From Alloascoidea hylecoeti (lineage: Eukaryota), in contig BCKZ01000009.1 in the NCBI GenBank assembly GCA_001600815.1, positions 460,194 to 524,193 on the forward strand: a DNA stretch of 64,000 bases. The letters run 5' to 3'. Shown here piece by piece: positions 47,333-60,964 of this stretch; the first letter of the stretch is position 1; each line of letters opens with the position of its first letter. The notes below the pieces were generated by a model. It saw only the letters and a list, made by a program, of their open reading frames with translations, had not been told where the DNA came from and did no database searches. A program made the position numbers and the translations under genes.

Positions 47333-48766
47333 ATGTCTGACAACTCCAATCCTAATCCAATCGACCTTTCAAATGATCCATTATTTGAAGATCTATTGGA
47401 ATTCTTAGATGAAAACTTTTCCCCCATAAAATTCTCAAATTCTTTAATATTAGCGACAAATAATCCAAATGAAAAGGAATTAGATTTACATACCCCTATG
47501 AAAAGAATAGGTTATGATATTGATGATATTAATAAAAAAATTGAAAAACTAGTAAGTTTTCTTATTTACTCTTTTCATTGTTATTAATATACTCATCACC
47601 ATTGGTTCTAGTCTCAAGATAATTATTCGGAATTAATAGAAGAGGCCGAAAAGCTATCCCTCGCCGAATCATCTTTGCATTCTCTCAAACCATCTTTAAA
47701 TCATGTCACTATATCATATAATCGTCTTAAATCTGATTTAATCGACCCTTATTATGCTGCTTCGGTCCGTTATGAAACCCTTAAGAAAATACAAGCCACT
47801 TCTTCGTTATTACGTGGCATTATATTTTTCATACAAACTTTCATTCAATTAGAGACTTCTCTTAATGATATTAAATCTATTAAAAATGACACTGATACAA
47901 AAACTTTAGCAAAAAGTGCCAATACTTTGTTAAAAGCAACACAAGTTTTATTACAATTGGAAAATCATCTTGTTATGAATCCTAGCTTACAAAGTTTACA
48001 ATTGATTAGAAATTATGAACCTGTTATTAATATGAAAGAAAAATATCTTTTAGAATTAAGTCAATCTATAGTTAGTAAATCTTCAACAACAAATTCTGAT
48101 ATAAATACTTCTTCATCTTCAAATATTTCTTCGAATTCACAAATTACTAAACAAATTGAAACAATAGGATCTATATTATCAAGTGATAAATCATCAATTG
48201 CAACATCATGTTTAACTCTTTATATTTTTTCATCTGAACGTTTAATTTTTTCAATATCAAAAATATTTAAAATTGAAATTGAATATGCAAATCAAGCAAT
48301 ATTAAGATTATTTAACTCAACCGGTACAAATTATTATATTGATTCAACAAAATTACAATTAATTCACCAAGCACAATCTATTGTAAGATTATCAAATATT
48401 CTTAATTCAATTCCAATTCCAAAACAACGTAAAAAACAATTAAAGGGGAAAGATAATTCTTATTCTACAACAATCATTAAAACCAATGCAAAACCAAATG
48501 AATCACTATTAACTTTTATACTTCATAGATTATCAATGCCTTCATTAATATCAAGATTTTGGAATGATGTAGCAACTGTTATTGGAGGAAAGGCACGTGA
48601 GATTGGTCCAAGAAATGGCTCTTTACCAAATTCTTTAAAATCTCACGCAAGTGAAATTAGAGATGCGTTAAAAGCAGCTGTTGTTTTAGGTGGTGATGTT
48701 AATGAAAATGGGGTTGAAGTAACGATGGTTGTTAATTCATTGATTGCTTTAGGGAAAGGACAATAA
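47333..48766 (+). CDS. COG5: Conserved oligomeric Golgi complex subunit 5, 2 exons
   Basis: FLDENFSPIKFSNSLILATN, LDLHTPMKRIGYDI; intron 47552-47611; C-terminal SLISRFWNDVA. Confidence 0.88.
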
Positions 48767-49640
48767 AATAATTACTACCTCTTAAATATTAATCCTGTAT
48801 TTTTACTCATTATTAATGTTAATGCAAGAACAATTAACCATCAATTACAAAAATTAAGTATGCTTACAGGTCAAGTCTAAGTTGCGGCTACCACTCCAAG
48901 TAAAAATTCCGATACAGTTGATGATGTTAAGATCGTCCACCTACTTTCGTCCAAGGTAGTTTGTAATTTTTCGATTTTACCATACAAAAAGTGATCAACT
49001 TCGTCCGTCCGTCCAAATTTTCCTTGATGGGACGAAGTCTGCAATGTTTTATTAGAAAATGACAAATTGATCCATGGGAGTATCTGATAAATAGTAGTTA
49101 GTATGGACGAAATTAAGTGAAATTACTTTACATGTATTTAAACTGATAAATATCCCCTAGTTCAAATGACGTGTTTCTAATCTGATAGAATACTTTCATT
49201 TTTATTTACCAATTTTATGCTTGTACGAAGTTTACAAGTAGGCTAACTTATACATAGTAAGACAGGTTCACAGTAAATTGCTATAAAGCGCTTTATATTG
49301 ATACTAGATCTATCTAGTACAAGCAGAACCATTGAACTGTTAAAGCTGTGTGTGAAATATGATTAACTATATTGTATTATTATAACTACAGTAATTAAAA
49401 GCCGATTGGTGACTAAAAGTGATATCAAAAATAACAACTGAACTAAAAAATGTGCGAGTAAACTGTAAGAAGGCATATTAGTGTACATTTAATAAAGATA
49501 TAAAGTGATGTAGATATTTCTACCATTCGAATTTACTATGTATGGGCAGTCTCGAAACGATCGATATGAATATGTAGCATTCTTACATAATCAAACACAG
49601 AGGTATGTCTGTCCACGCTACTCGGACACTCAAAAATGGT

Positions 49641-50553
49641 GCATTTCAGACACGAATTTAAAATCCAAAAACATATAAATTAATCTAAATAGTATTACTG
49701 AAGTCTAATTAATCACATAATTCCAGTAATATTTCTTTAAAATATAAATTCTGTTTTTTTGTTGTGGTGTGAATGTTTTTCTATTATTAGAGTATTTAGC
49801 TCAGCATAACTAATGCTTCAACACTATTTTTCAGTGCTGGAAAATTTTTATAATCATTGGATGCGTCTAGGATTGTATGATACTTTAGGTGTATTTTTAT
49901 AGATATTCTAGTAGTAATTTGTGGAAATAGAGAGGATTTATAAATTTCTGGTCGACCCCTCCAAAACGCGAAAAATGCTCCCTCTTTTTTAAATCATCAC
50001 AGAACCACCACCAGAAGCTGAAATGACACTTATAAACGCATTAACAAAAGAGAAAAAGTGTCAGAACAAACTGATATTCTCAACTTTTGAATATAACTAA
50101 CAAACCAAACAGGAAAAATATATGAAAGATATTAAAAATCCTGGTATCTCAAAATTGACTCTTTATGATCATTTCCACCGTGGATGATCATGACAAGACT
50201 CCTACCGAAAATAAAACATTTTTATATACTCTTGTGGAGTAGAGGCTTGCCCTGTTTTGTCTAGAAAGCATTTGTGTGGCCAATTTAAAGTATTTTCGTG
50301 AGCTTGGCCATGAGATCATATCCGAACGCGTTCAAAATTTCCTTTTCAAAGATTTCCAACGCAAAACACGTTAGAATTGCATTCTTTTTTCTTAAGATAT
50401 CATAGACGAGTGATGGCACGTAATCCCGTCAAAAAATCCTTAATTTTACTGTCTATGAAATATTGAGTGAAGATCCTATCAAGTAAAGTATCAACAATTC
50501 ACAGATTATGCACATTAATATATTGATCATAATTAGAATTTTGTGCTTGATGT
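49641..50553. mobile_element. Non-autonomous long-TIR element, family A copy 3 (most decayed)
   Basis: Left arm CACGAATT...TAATCACATAATTC...GTTGTGGTGTGAATGTT matches the family TIR. Interior shares CACCACCAGAA (50006 vs 9158), GAACAARCTGATATTCT and TGGTATCTYAARATTGACTCTTT (50142 vs 9300) with copy 1. Right arm barely visible. Confidence 0.7.
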
Positions 50554-50997
50554 TTGATGTTTACGAAATAATGTAAAAAAGAAAAAGAGTTGTTGTAAAG
50601 CTCTCCTCGAGTCCTCAGTACAGTGATTAACTTTTTAAGTAAGTTTATCCTAGCTCTTTTATTATTTATTAAATGTTTTGTTAAGTCATTTCATTTCATC
50701 TGTAAAAGTATGCAGGTATATAAGAGATAGAGCCACAAAAGGTCATGATATTTAATCAATTGGAAATCTTAATAGTATCCCCGGTTTAAGGGATCTTTTT
50801 TTAAAACCTTTGTTAAACAACTCCGCGAGTTAAAAAAATATATATATAAAAATTAGTTTATGTTTCAACGTTCTAACGGTTTTTGTCAACTGCAGGTTCT
50901 GTTTTCTTCGATTTAGGAAATACATCTCTACACCTCGCGTCGATAATGCATAGCCATCAGTTCTACATTTTTATGAAAAGTATCGAAGAACCTCATA

Positions 50998-53900
50998 ATG
51001 GAACTTGCACAAAAAAACATCGTCAATGGCCTACTCCCCTTGGTTATCACAAAGCTAGGCATGGAGGTAAGACGCCATATATAATTGCTAAATAAACTAA
51101 CCTGGACTATCATGATTTAACCAAGACACTATTAGTTGCCAATTGATACAGGAAAAACAGTGCAAGAAACTGAATCAGATAAACTATTCATCTCGAGAAA
51201 AGAACTTCTTATTGGAATGTCAAAATCAAATAATGATTTATTCTCAGAGGTTATTAGATCATTTGTTGTACTTTTGGATAGACTATCAGAGGTAAGCAAT
51301 CATTATTTTAATATGGCTCTATAATTATAATTATATATTAATCAATATCTTATTAGAGGAATAATTATGAACCATTACAAAATTCCGATTTACTATTTTT
51401 ACAATCTCTTTCGTTAGTCATGAAAGTGTTTTCTAATTGTACTGAAGCCAACTGGGATTCAATTGATACAGGTAAAACTAATAACAAGCGCCCAGCAATC
51501 ATCGGTCATGACAGATATGTTCAACGTCGTGTAAAATATCACTCTATATCTCCCGAAGAACTTCCTGAAAATATAGTTAAATTGTTATTTGAAAAAATCA
51601 TTAAGCTAAGATCAACTTCAAAAATTTCTGCTACAATGAGTCTCCTCTCAAATGGCTCGATTAAAGCTAATAATCAATCAAGCAATCATCCCCACAAAAC
51701 TATTATCGACGAAATTGATGAATATTGCAATACTATTATACTATACTTATCTGCTTCAAATTGGAAAGCTTGTTATCAAGTAATATATTTGAAAATCACA
51801 AATTTGATGAACTTTGCTTCTGGCGAAGAAGAAGCCTATCCCTTTATCGATATATTTGGTTGCGTCTATCTTGATGAGAATGCAATCTCTACAATTTTCA
51901 AAGATCTATGGGCAATTTCAGCTAACACTAAAAGACTTCTTCATTGTGCTTCGCTTTCCTTTTTTCTTTCTATGGGAATAGAATATTGGATCATTGCTCG
52001 ACCGAAAGAATATTACAATTGTTTAGTATCGAATTCAAATTTATCGTTTCAAGCTAGTGGCTTTTTCGACCACATTTACAATATTTCAAAACTAAACAGC
52101 AATAAATATTCTACATTTTATAGTAGATTAAAATCTAGTTTGTTATGCTTAATTCCATCCGCGTTTGAGCCTCCTAGTAGGTCGTCAGAATTGACATTAA
52201 CTGTTACGAAAAAACAAAAACATTTAACTGCTCTTAAAGTATTCATTCGCAATGGAGAATCCACATGTACAGATCTTCAGTTTAGAGGAGGGTTATCACT
52301 AATTCTAATGGCTGCCTCAACTATTTATTTATTTGATCCACAACATTTATTTGTTAAATTTTCGATCAACATCTACCCTGAATTAAAACCTTTATTATAT
52401 GTACAAGAGAATGACTTATCCGTTCACGTTATACGAACCTGGATTGAATACTTCATAAGCTACATTATAATTATACCTAATGAGGTTATGGATGATATTG
52501 TCAAAAGTTTTGATGATTCTGCTACTCATCCATCAATTTTGTGTTGCATGGCTACTGGTATCAGAGCAGTTGCTGGTGTTCCCCAAGCACGATCTACTTA
52601 CATTTCTTTTATGAAAGCGCATTCACAGTCTTTAAGACGCATAATTTTAAAACAAGCAACGCTTTTAGAAAAATCAAAACGTTCTGAATTACAAGTATCT
52701 TCGATACCGTTACCGAAATCGATATCTTCATCATCTTCATCATCTTCATCACCATCAATTGCATCATTATCGATAACATCATCGACTAAATCAGATATCA
52801 TGCATATGGCTACTCAAATTCTTGTCAATGTTTTAAATGCATATACCCCAAACCCTTATTATTACTTTCAAAATGTTCGCACTAATGATAATACAACTAC
52901 CTTAAATCATCTAAAATATATAGTCGACTGTGTTTCGGATTATGATAATGAGATATCTAGTGCTGCCAGTAATTTTCTTTTTTCTTTCACCTCCACGACA
53001 AAAATATGCAATGACAATATGGAAGAGAGTGCCATATGTGAAAAGAGTGGTATATGTGAAAAGAGTGGTATATGTGAAGATGAAAAGTCTTTTCTTATAA
53101 CAGTTTATGCAACATGCGGATGTATTATACTAACTATTTCACAAAAATTGATAGATATTATTTTACGAAATTCAAAACCCCATGCTTTAGATTTATTGAA
53201 ACTTCTTATTGCATGTTTAAAGAGCAGACAAGTGGTAACTGAAGAACTCAAAGTACTTTCAGACAATAAAAAACTTAATGAATGCCTAGATGCCTCTGGA
53301 CTTGAAGAAATTGACACCAGGAAACAGTTATATGATTCTTTGGAAACTACTTTACTAATAGCTCTTTGCTTTGCAGATTCTGAGATTTATAGATTAGTTT
53401 CCGATGCTTTTTCATATGCAATAGATGATGCTATTGTATATGACAATTGGGGCAATGCTGGAAATGAGAAAACATGTAATATGCTTCTCAATGTTGAACA
53501 ATATAGAGAGTTTTCAAAAGAGTATGTTATTACAGGACAAGTTGCCCTACAAAGGAGGGTCAGGAGTATCTTAGAAAAAATCGAGGTCCCAACCCCAGGA
53601 ATCATAAATGCTTGGAAAATAGTAAGTCATTGTCTTATGCATACTAATACTGCAAATAAATTTGATTATGAATCTAAAAACACATTTGTTGTTCTCGAAA
53701 GATGTTATGCAGGACTATTAGCATCATTATGTGACTGTTTATTCTCTCTTGAACAAGATAAACTCCAAGACATAATACCACACATTAGGGAGTTTGTTAA
53801 ATTCTTAATTGGAAAATTTGAGAGTAAAAATATATTAACTAATGGTGCTCTTAAAGAGTTATTTGGTAGAGAACTAGGGAAAAGAGTATATCCAACAATA

Positions 53901-56900
53901 TTTGAAACTCTTACAGGTTTTTTTGAAGAAACTCTTAAATCGCCAGATGTAGATCTTGTACTTCATGTTTTCGATCAGATGATTGTTATTATTAAAATGG
54001 TAATTGAAAGGGCAATAAAAGAAAAGTCACCTCTTGGAATTAATATTGAATTGTTATCAATGGGTGTTAAAGTTGTAACATATTTACATGATTTAGATAG
54101 CAGCATTTCATCTGTTTTAAAAATAAAAATCCGAATTTGCAATTTATCTCAAACTCTTGATGCTGGGAAAGATATTATTTGCCTTCGTATTCCAACAAAA
54201 ATAAAAAATAATTTGGTGCGAATAGTTGCTGAATGGTTTGAGCAGTCTACTTTTAGGATGGATGAATGTCATATTGAACCAAATTTAAAATCTAGCAGAA
54301 AAATAAATGAAATTGATCATATGAATGCCAATCTCAGTCGTGAATCTGTTAAATCATTGGCTTTCTTATTCGAGGGTCTTAGTATTGAGACCCCACAAAC
54401 TTCACATGAGGATGACTTTTTGATGGCAAAATCTGTTATTTTTGGTAACTATTTCTCTTTGTGTTTTAGGGTATTGGAAGTATTGGGAATGGATAACTCA
54501 AAAATTACGAATTCTGTAGCAGTTATCGAATCTCCTCAATTGCAAAGAACCGGTAATAGTACCACGAATTTTTCACAGAAATACTCAGATAACCTGTCTG
54601 CTCCTTCGTCCAGTGACCCTAGTATTAGAGTGATGCCAATCATTTCTACTTCCCACAATAATCCATATAATGTCAAGGTTATAGCAGAACAGGCTATTTT
54701 ATGTTTGACTAATTTGTTAACTTCTAATGTTGATGTTGGGTTGAGGTGGGCGTTTCCCCTATGTTATCATAAAGATGCACAGCTAAGATTATCTTTCATA
54801 CAAGTATTCACTAATATTATTGACAGAAGTACCAAAGTTACTAATAATAAAACAGAAGAGGAACGTTATGAGGAGTTAATGGACTTTCTCACAGATAATC
54901 TACCGATTTGCATAAAATTCTTTGATAACTGCCCTACAAGAGAAATCGATTCGCTCTCTGCTGCGTTCGTGAATCTTTTTGAATCAAGAGGGAAATGCCT
55001 TGATCTAGTGAAGGCCTCTGTAACGAGAGAAATCGAACAGACACAAAAAGCAGTAAATTTATTAAGAAGGAATAGCGTCGCATCGAGAGTTTTGTCACTA
55101 TTTGCAAATAACCATGGATCTCAATATTTGACTTCAACTTTAAATCCGATAATACAGGCTTTTATTGATAATCCTGAAGAGCATATGTTCGAACTTACCG
55201 ATGTGGCAGATGAGGAAGATGATAAATCATCAGAAAACATTGAAAAACTCATATCAGCACTATTTAGTTTATCTACTGCATTCATTGATTCTCTAAAATC
55301 TATGCCTTTGGAATTTAGAGATATTTGCCGTACAATCAAAGACGCGGTATCAGTGAGGTTTCCAGATACTGTAGCCACTGCAATTGGATCATTCTTACTT
55401 TTGAGATTCTTCTGTCCCGCTCTTGTTGCACCCGACACAGAAAATATTATACCAATACGTACAAAAGATGGTCGACGATCGCTATTGTTATTAGCTAAGG
55501 TAATCCAGAACATGGCCAATGGATCATCACTTCATATTTTAAGGAGTTCTTTAACAGAGGAACAATCTTCCAATCTAAGTAAAATCAATAAGCGAGTCCT
55601 AAATTTTTTAGAGCAAGCATCTGAACAACACCCCGATGATGTTGTTGTTTCCCCCATCAATTATCGCGATATGAAATTTAAAAAGCATGAAATAATATTC
55701 ATTCATCAATATCTCTATACCCATTGGGATGATATTTACTACAAGCTCATGCGCCATAATGATATGAATGAAACTAAAAATAATCCACAATCATCTTCTA
55801 TAAGTGAAATTTCTAATTCTTGGAGTACAGAGTCTGAAGCTTGTTTTAAATTAGATGATCTTCTAGAAGCTTTGGGTCAACCAAAAGGAATAGGATCCGA
55901 TGAGATACCAGAATCTATCATAAATGATACCACTGAATCTGGTATCCGTCTTTACACTTTCATGATGAAATACTCTAATAGAAATGCCAATTTACTGCGT
56001 GAGAGACAACTTATCCATGAAGGAGTTTTAAGAGATGGGACACCATTAGTCATTATAAATTTAAAACATTACGATCCAACTGCTTTGACAATAAATGTAG
56101 TTATTTATCGTTTTTTTCAGGTAGTCAGCAAAGTATGGGACAATAAATATTCACTAATTATGGACTGCACAGACATGTCGTATAATAATTTTTTTAGTCA
56201 GCTTCTATCAGAGAAAATATTGAGTTTATCTCCTTTAAAGATTTCTTTTAATTGTCTTGGTGTTTACTACTATAATGTCTCATTTGATGGAGCTGACAGT
56301 ATTCTAAAACTGGCCCAACATCAACAAAAAAGTGCATTCTTCAATCCTTTCTCAGTTCCATATCATTTTACTTCTTCGTTTCTAGGGAATGATAATATTC
56401 CACTTGAAACAATTGGATTATCAAGTAGAACTAAAGCCATTTCTCGAGATCCAAGAGTCAGTTTCACCGATATTCAAGGCTATAATCTAAACTCGAAAGA
56501 TATCATCAATGTGGCCATGAAAATAGGGGATCAATTTCTTCAGATCTGTTATACGAACAGCATCAGTTTCGAATTAGGAAACAAAACTGTTAACTTGAGG
56601 CCGTTGTGTGTCATTCATGGTACGGAGATCACTAAGACATACTTCTCAAATTCAATATTTGAATCAAATGAATTTACAATTGAAGTAGAAAATGGGAGGA
56701 AACTAATATTTTCAACGAGCCAAAGGGCGGAGATCATAAGGAATCTTACTGGTCTTACTAATAAGTATTCACAATGCTCCGAATCATCTTTTTTAGACAT
56801 GGAAATATATACTCTCAAAGATAGTCTTGGAACTTTGCTTAATATAGATTTCCTAGGACTAGGATCTGAAGACAGTGGAATACGTGCTGGCTCTTACAAT

Positions 56901-59123
56901 CTACTAGTCTCTTTACAACGAAGCTTCGATCTTGACATTGGGAGGATAGTAACAAAAAATGATAACCAATATTTCCCCAAAAATTCAACACAGTTTATTC
57001 TTCAAGTAAGTGAATCTATTTCTAGAACGCAACCAGAACTCACATATGACGTAATAAATGGCTTCTTTGTTGCCTACGAATGTACTGCTAGCAGTAGAAA
57101 AGAGGGAGTGATTAGATATCTGATTCCATGGTTAAAGAATATATATCAATATGTATATCTTTCAGACGAACGCTATGGGTTAGATAAAACCACAGAACTG
57201 ATTAAAAGGCTAATAAAAGCAACATTTCAATCACGAGATCACATAACTACATTTATTTCCGATCTTTGGTCCAAACTGTGCATGGAAGAAAATATGACGG
57301 ATTTAATCGTGGATGAAGTTATAACTGCCGCCATTGATAAACAATCTGAATCCGGAGAGTGTGAAGTTCTGTGCCTGGTCACTTCTAATCCAACAATTGA
57401 GATTTGTGGGAATATCGTAAAGCGCTTAAAAAAGGTGGCACAAATTCCTGTAGATGCCAAAAATGAGAGTGCAAACACCGCTTGTTATGCTAGCTGGACA
57501 GAGTTAGTTGTTCTAGTCAAGGCATGCGCAGACTTATTCTTTGATTCAATTGTTTTTTCAGAAATGTTTCTACCTGATATATGTTTTATATGTACAGTTT
57601 TCATTGATATTGGTCCTTACGATTTAAGGGTTGCTACTCACCATTTAATTACTAATTGCCTGAGCGCGTTTATAACAAAGGACGATTTAACTAGTGTAGA
57701 AAGGTCTCGATTAAGTGTTATAGTTGAAAGACTTTCTAGTAAAAGAGCTCAATTGTTGTTTGGGTTAAATCGACAGAATACAAATTTTGAAGATTTAGTA
57801 ACACATGACGCAGGTTCGATAAGTGGTTTGGAAGATTTTTGTGTTTATCTTTTGGATTTTATTGAAATTGTTGGTGACGATGATACTTCCAATTTATGGA
57901 GAGTGCGCTGGACAGCATCTATAATTGAAACTGTTCTCCAAGACAATTCAGTCCTTAATTCAAGATCATTTTTACTTCTTGGATTTCTTGCTAAAGGTCA
58001 GTCAACAGAAGTATTTATCTCTAAGATTTTAGATGGTTTAGCTAGAGCTTCGAATTCAATACTAGACTCACTGGATGATAATAGAGTAATTGATAAGAAT
58101 ATTTGTATATTCAACTGTCTTTCTCGGTTGGTGGAAGGATTATCAGCCACTTTAGACTATTATGGGAAGCTTTTCTGGTTAATCATCGGGTTTGCTCGCA
58201 TATCTAATCCTGTATTATTTATATCTGTCATTGAGCTCGCTGGTAAAATATTGATGGCAATGGACGAACACGGAGACTTTCCAGATGGCGATGTAATTGG
58301 TGTACTTACAAATGAAAGAAATGCTCTTGGTTCGAAATTAAAAGAACTGGATGACTTATCAGGTATTGAATATAGACCAGATATGTTTGATAATTATATA
58401 TGTGCCCTGTTACTAAAAGGCCTTCACAAGGCTTCTACACGACACTTTACAATCATAGTATTGAAGCTATTCTTGAAAATTAGGACAAAAAATGTTCAAA
58501 TATATCTAGAAGCACACAAGGACGAAAATTTACCTAATAAGGAAATGATTTTGTTATATCCAGCAGCATATTTATTATTTTTATTTTTATACGAAGGAGA
58601 AAAGTTCCTCGCAGATTATCCCCAAGAACAGTTAATCATTATTGGAGAAAATCTAAAGATTCCAAAGTTATTATTAAACTACTCAGATACAGTTTCTGAT
58701 CAATCAACTATCACACTTTATTTGGCAAGTCTACTGGCCAGAGAGCAATCGGCAGATGAGGACATCCAAATAAAATTCATTAAATGGCTTTACGAAACTG
58801 GTAATAAGAATTCATCTCCCAAATTTCTAATTACGGGGTTTATTGGATCAGAACTCAAAGCCGTTCCCCACAGCACCTCTGTTAATTTAGTACTTGCTCT
58901 ACATCGTATAACGATTCAGTTATTTACAAATCCAAAATATGACTATGCTGGAAGGGAAAAGTATAGAGAGGAACTTTTGAAATTGGTAAATGAATATAAG
59001 TTTGGTTCTGTGATGATAAATTTCGCTGCAAAACCACTAATAGATTCGGATTCAAAGAGGCAGGCTAAGATAGTTCGATCTATTTTATTAAGAATTGTCT
59101 CCCCATATGCTGAAATGTTTTAA
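50998..59123 (+). CDS. IRA2: Neurofibromin/Ira-family Ras GTPase-activating protein (about 2670 aa), 3 coding exons
   Basis: Exons from 50998 splice in frame (introns about 51067-51135 and 51292-51356), giving NF1-like LPIDTG. RasGAP motifs LLRRNSVASR and LLRFFCPALVAP, followed by a Sec14/PH-like region. IRA1 vs IRA2 not distinguishable. Confidence 0.9.
53025..53078 (+). repeat. Three-copy 18-bp in-frame tandem repeat
   Basis: GAGAGTGCCATATGTGAA AAGAGTGGTATATGTGAA AAGAGTGGTATATGTGAA (ESAICE KSGICE KSGICE). Confidence 0.95.
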
Positions 59124-59243
59124 TTATGACTAATTGCAACTGCAATTGATTTTTCACGTATAAAGATTTCTATTATATATTGTATAGCTATAAGATATAA
59201 TATAATATATTATATTATATTTATAATTTCAAAACCTTAGGCA

Positions 59244-60325
59244 TCATTTTCTTGATAATTTCCCTCTTGATCTGGATTTAGCCATTGCTAGATCCTCAAA
59301 TTCTTTTTTATGGGTTCTGTACAACAACATTGTTGCACGGGCATCTTCAACAGATGAATGTTCCGAACCTTGGATGTCGAGGTGTAAAACCTCTTTAGTT
59401 AAAAATTTAAGTGATGGTTTCTTACCTTTTGTAACAAGAGCTTTAAATGAAGGATGCATACTAGTGTCTCTAATGGCGTATCTTGGATGAGAAAGCATGA
59501 GAACTTTAAGATCATTTTGTATGGAATGGCCAATCAATATTCTGTTCTTCATTAAATCGGCTACTTGTTTTTGAGCATCTTGAAAAGAGATTGCATCTTT
59601 CATGTGGGCAGCAGTCACACCAGATACCCATGTTCTCCAATCTGTAACATGTTCTTTTGGTTTAACAAATGTATCAAGAATTGTATAGCCATAAAAGTTT
59701 ACAATCGAAACTCGGGCAAGGGCGGATGTTTTACCATCTGAACCTATTCCAACGAATTCACAATCCATGGAAATAAATTTCCCTGTTTCCTTTTTACGTC
59801 CTGTATAAGAAGGTAATTCGAGGGATAAATCCTGTGAAGGTAAGCTAGGCTTTAGACCATATGATTTTTTAACATCATCAAGAGATATATTCTGCTCCTC
59901 AGCCCATAAAGCTAATAAAGCAGGACTATACTCACCTCTGTATAAATCGTTAGAATTATTTTACTAAATGATGAAATAATATTAACATACTTTGCATCCT
60001 TAACTTTGATAGAAGCAGTGCGTTTAGGTGTTTTCTCATCAAGTTTCATTTTCTTTAATACTCTATTTTGGATTTCATTTTCATTTTCAAGCTCGATCTC
60101 TGAATTATCTATAGCTTCTTCTTGACTTTCTCCCGTTCGTTTTACAGAATGATTTGGTATTGATATGCTAGAAGAATTAATTTGAACTTTAGTCTTTTTC
60201 CTTGACTTCGTGATTTTACTGGAAGCGTTAGTCTTTTTAGAGTGTATTGGGCGTAGGAGCGGTTTCTTTTCGATTTTCTGCCTCTTTAACAAATCTTTCC
60301 AATTTGAGGAAAACTGTGTGGTCAT
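59244..60325 (-). CDS. REX4: RNA exonuclease 4 (DEDDh), 2 exons
   Basis: FSSNWK N-terminus; intron 59938-59990 restores [36 protein letters not shown]. Confidence 0.95.
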
Positions 60326-60345
60326 TTTATATGAGCTATATTAAA

Positions 60346-60370
60346 TAAAAATTTTATATTATAGATGAGC
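60346..60370 (-). promoter_or_regulatory. PAC (GATGAGC) and RRPE-like (AAAAATTTT) ribosome-biogenesis motifs upstream of REX4
   Basis: GATGAGC at 60364-60370 and AAAAATTTT at about 60346-60354, 20-45 bp upstream of a ribosome-biogenesis gene. Confidence 0.6.
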
Positions 60371-60536
60371 TTGATATGAAAAAAAACACCCGGAAACAGC
60401 ATTACGGATTCCAGCCCGGGTACGGATCCGGGTTTCCAATCCTAAACCGGATGTGATTTGGGTGTTCGGGTGTTATGATAGCGAATTGCAACCATAATAA
60501 TTCAAGCTTCTGTCTCAACAACCATAAACATCAAAA

Positions 60537-60804
60537 ATGGGTGCTGCTTATCAAATATTCGGTAGAACTTTTCTCCCACATCAATTGGCCCTTGGAACCA
60601 TTGGCTTGGTCGGGTTGATAATCGCTTTCCCCAAGGGCAAGAAGTCTTCGGCTCCACTACTGAATGCAAGTAGTCCGGAAGAAGAAAAGTTTATTTTGTA
60701 AGTCTGATTTGTTGTATCTTTATGTATGCTAGTTGATACTTACTATTTTTATCAGGGACTATATTAGAAAGAAGGAATCCAAACCTTCCTGTTGTTGCTC
60801 CTGA
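60537..60804 (+). CDS. ATP19: Mitochondrial ATP synthase subunit k (absent from ORF track), 2 exons
   Basis: MGAAYQIFGRTFLPHQLALGTIG...NASSPEEEKFIL|DYIRKKESKPSCCCS*; intron 60698-60755 (GTAAGT...CAG). Confidence 0.92.
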
Positions 60805-60964
60805 TCATCGTCATGATGAAGCAGACATAACTAGTTATAACGATAATTCTAACTACCTGTATAATAGCTAGGGCTAATGGTATAATGTTATAATTTCTGT
60901 GTACTTTTCAACCTGTACCGTAGACCTCCATACTATCAAGCTCCCATACCACTAAACAATTTCA

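Noticed and set aside
59912..59937. Apparent 2-nt micro-exon followed by a GTGAGT...TAG mini-intron in REX4
   Set aside because: The second intron would be about 24 nt with no branch site; reading straight through after the CAG at 59938 keeps the frame ([15 protein letters not shown]).
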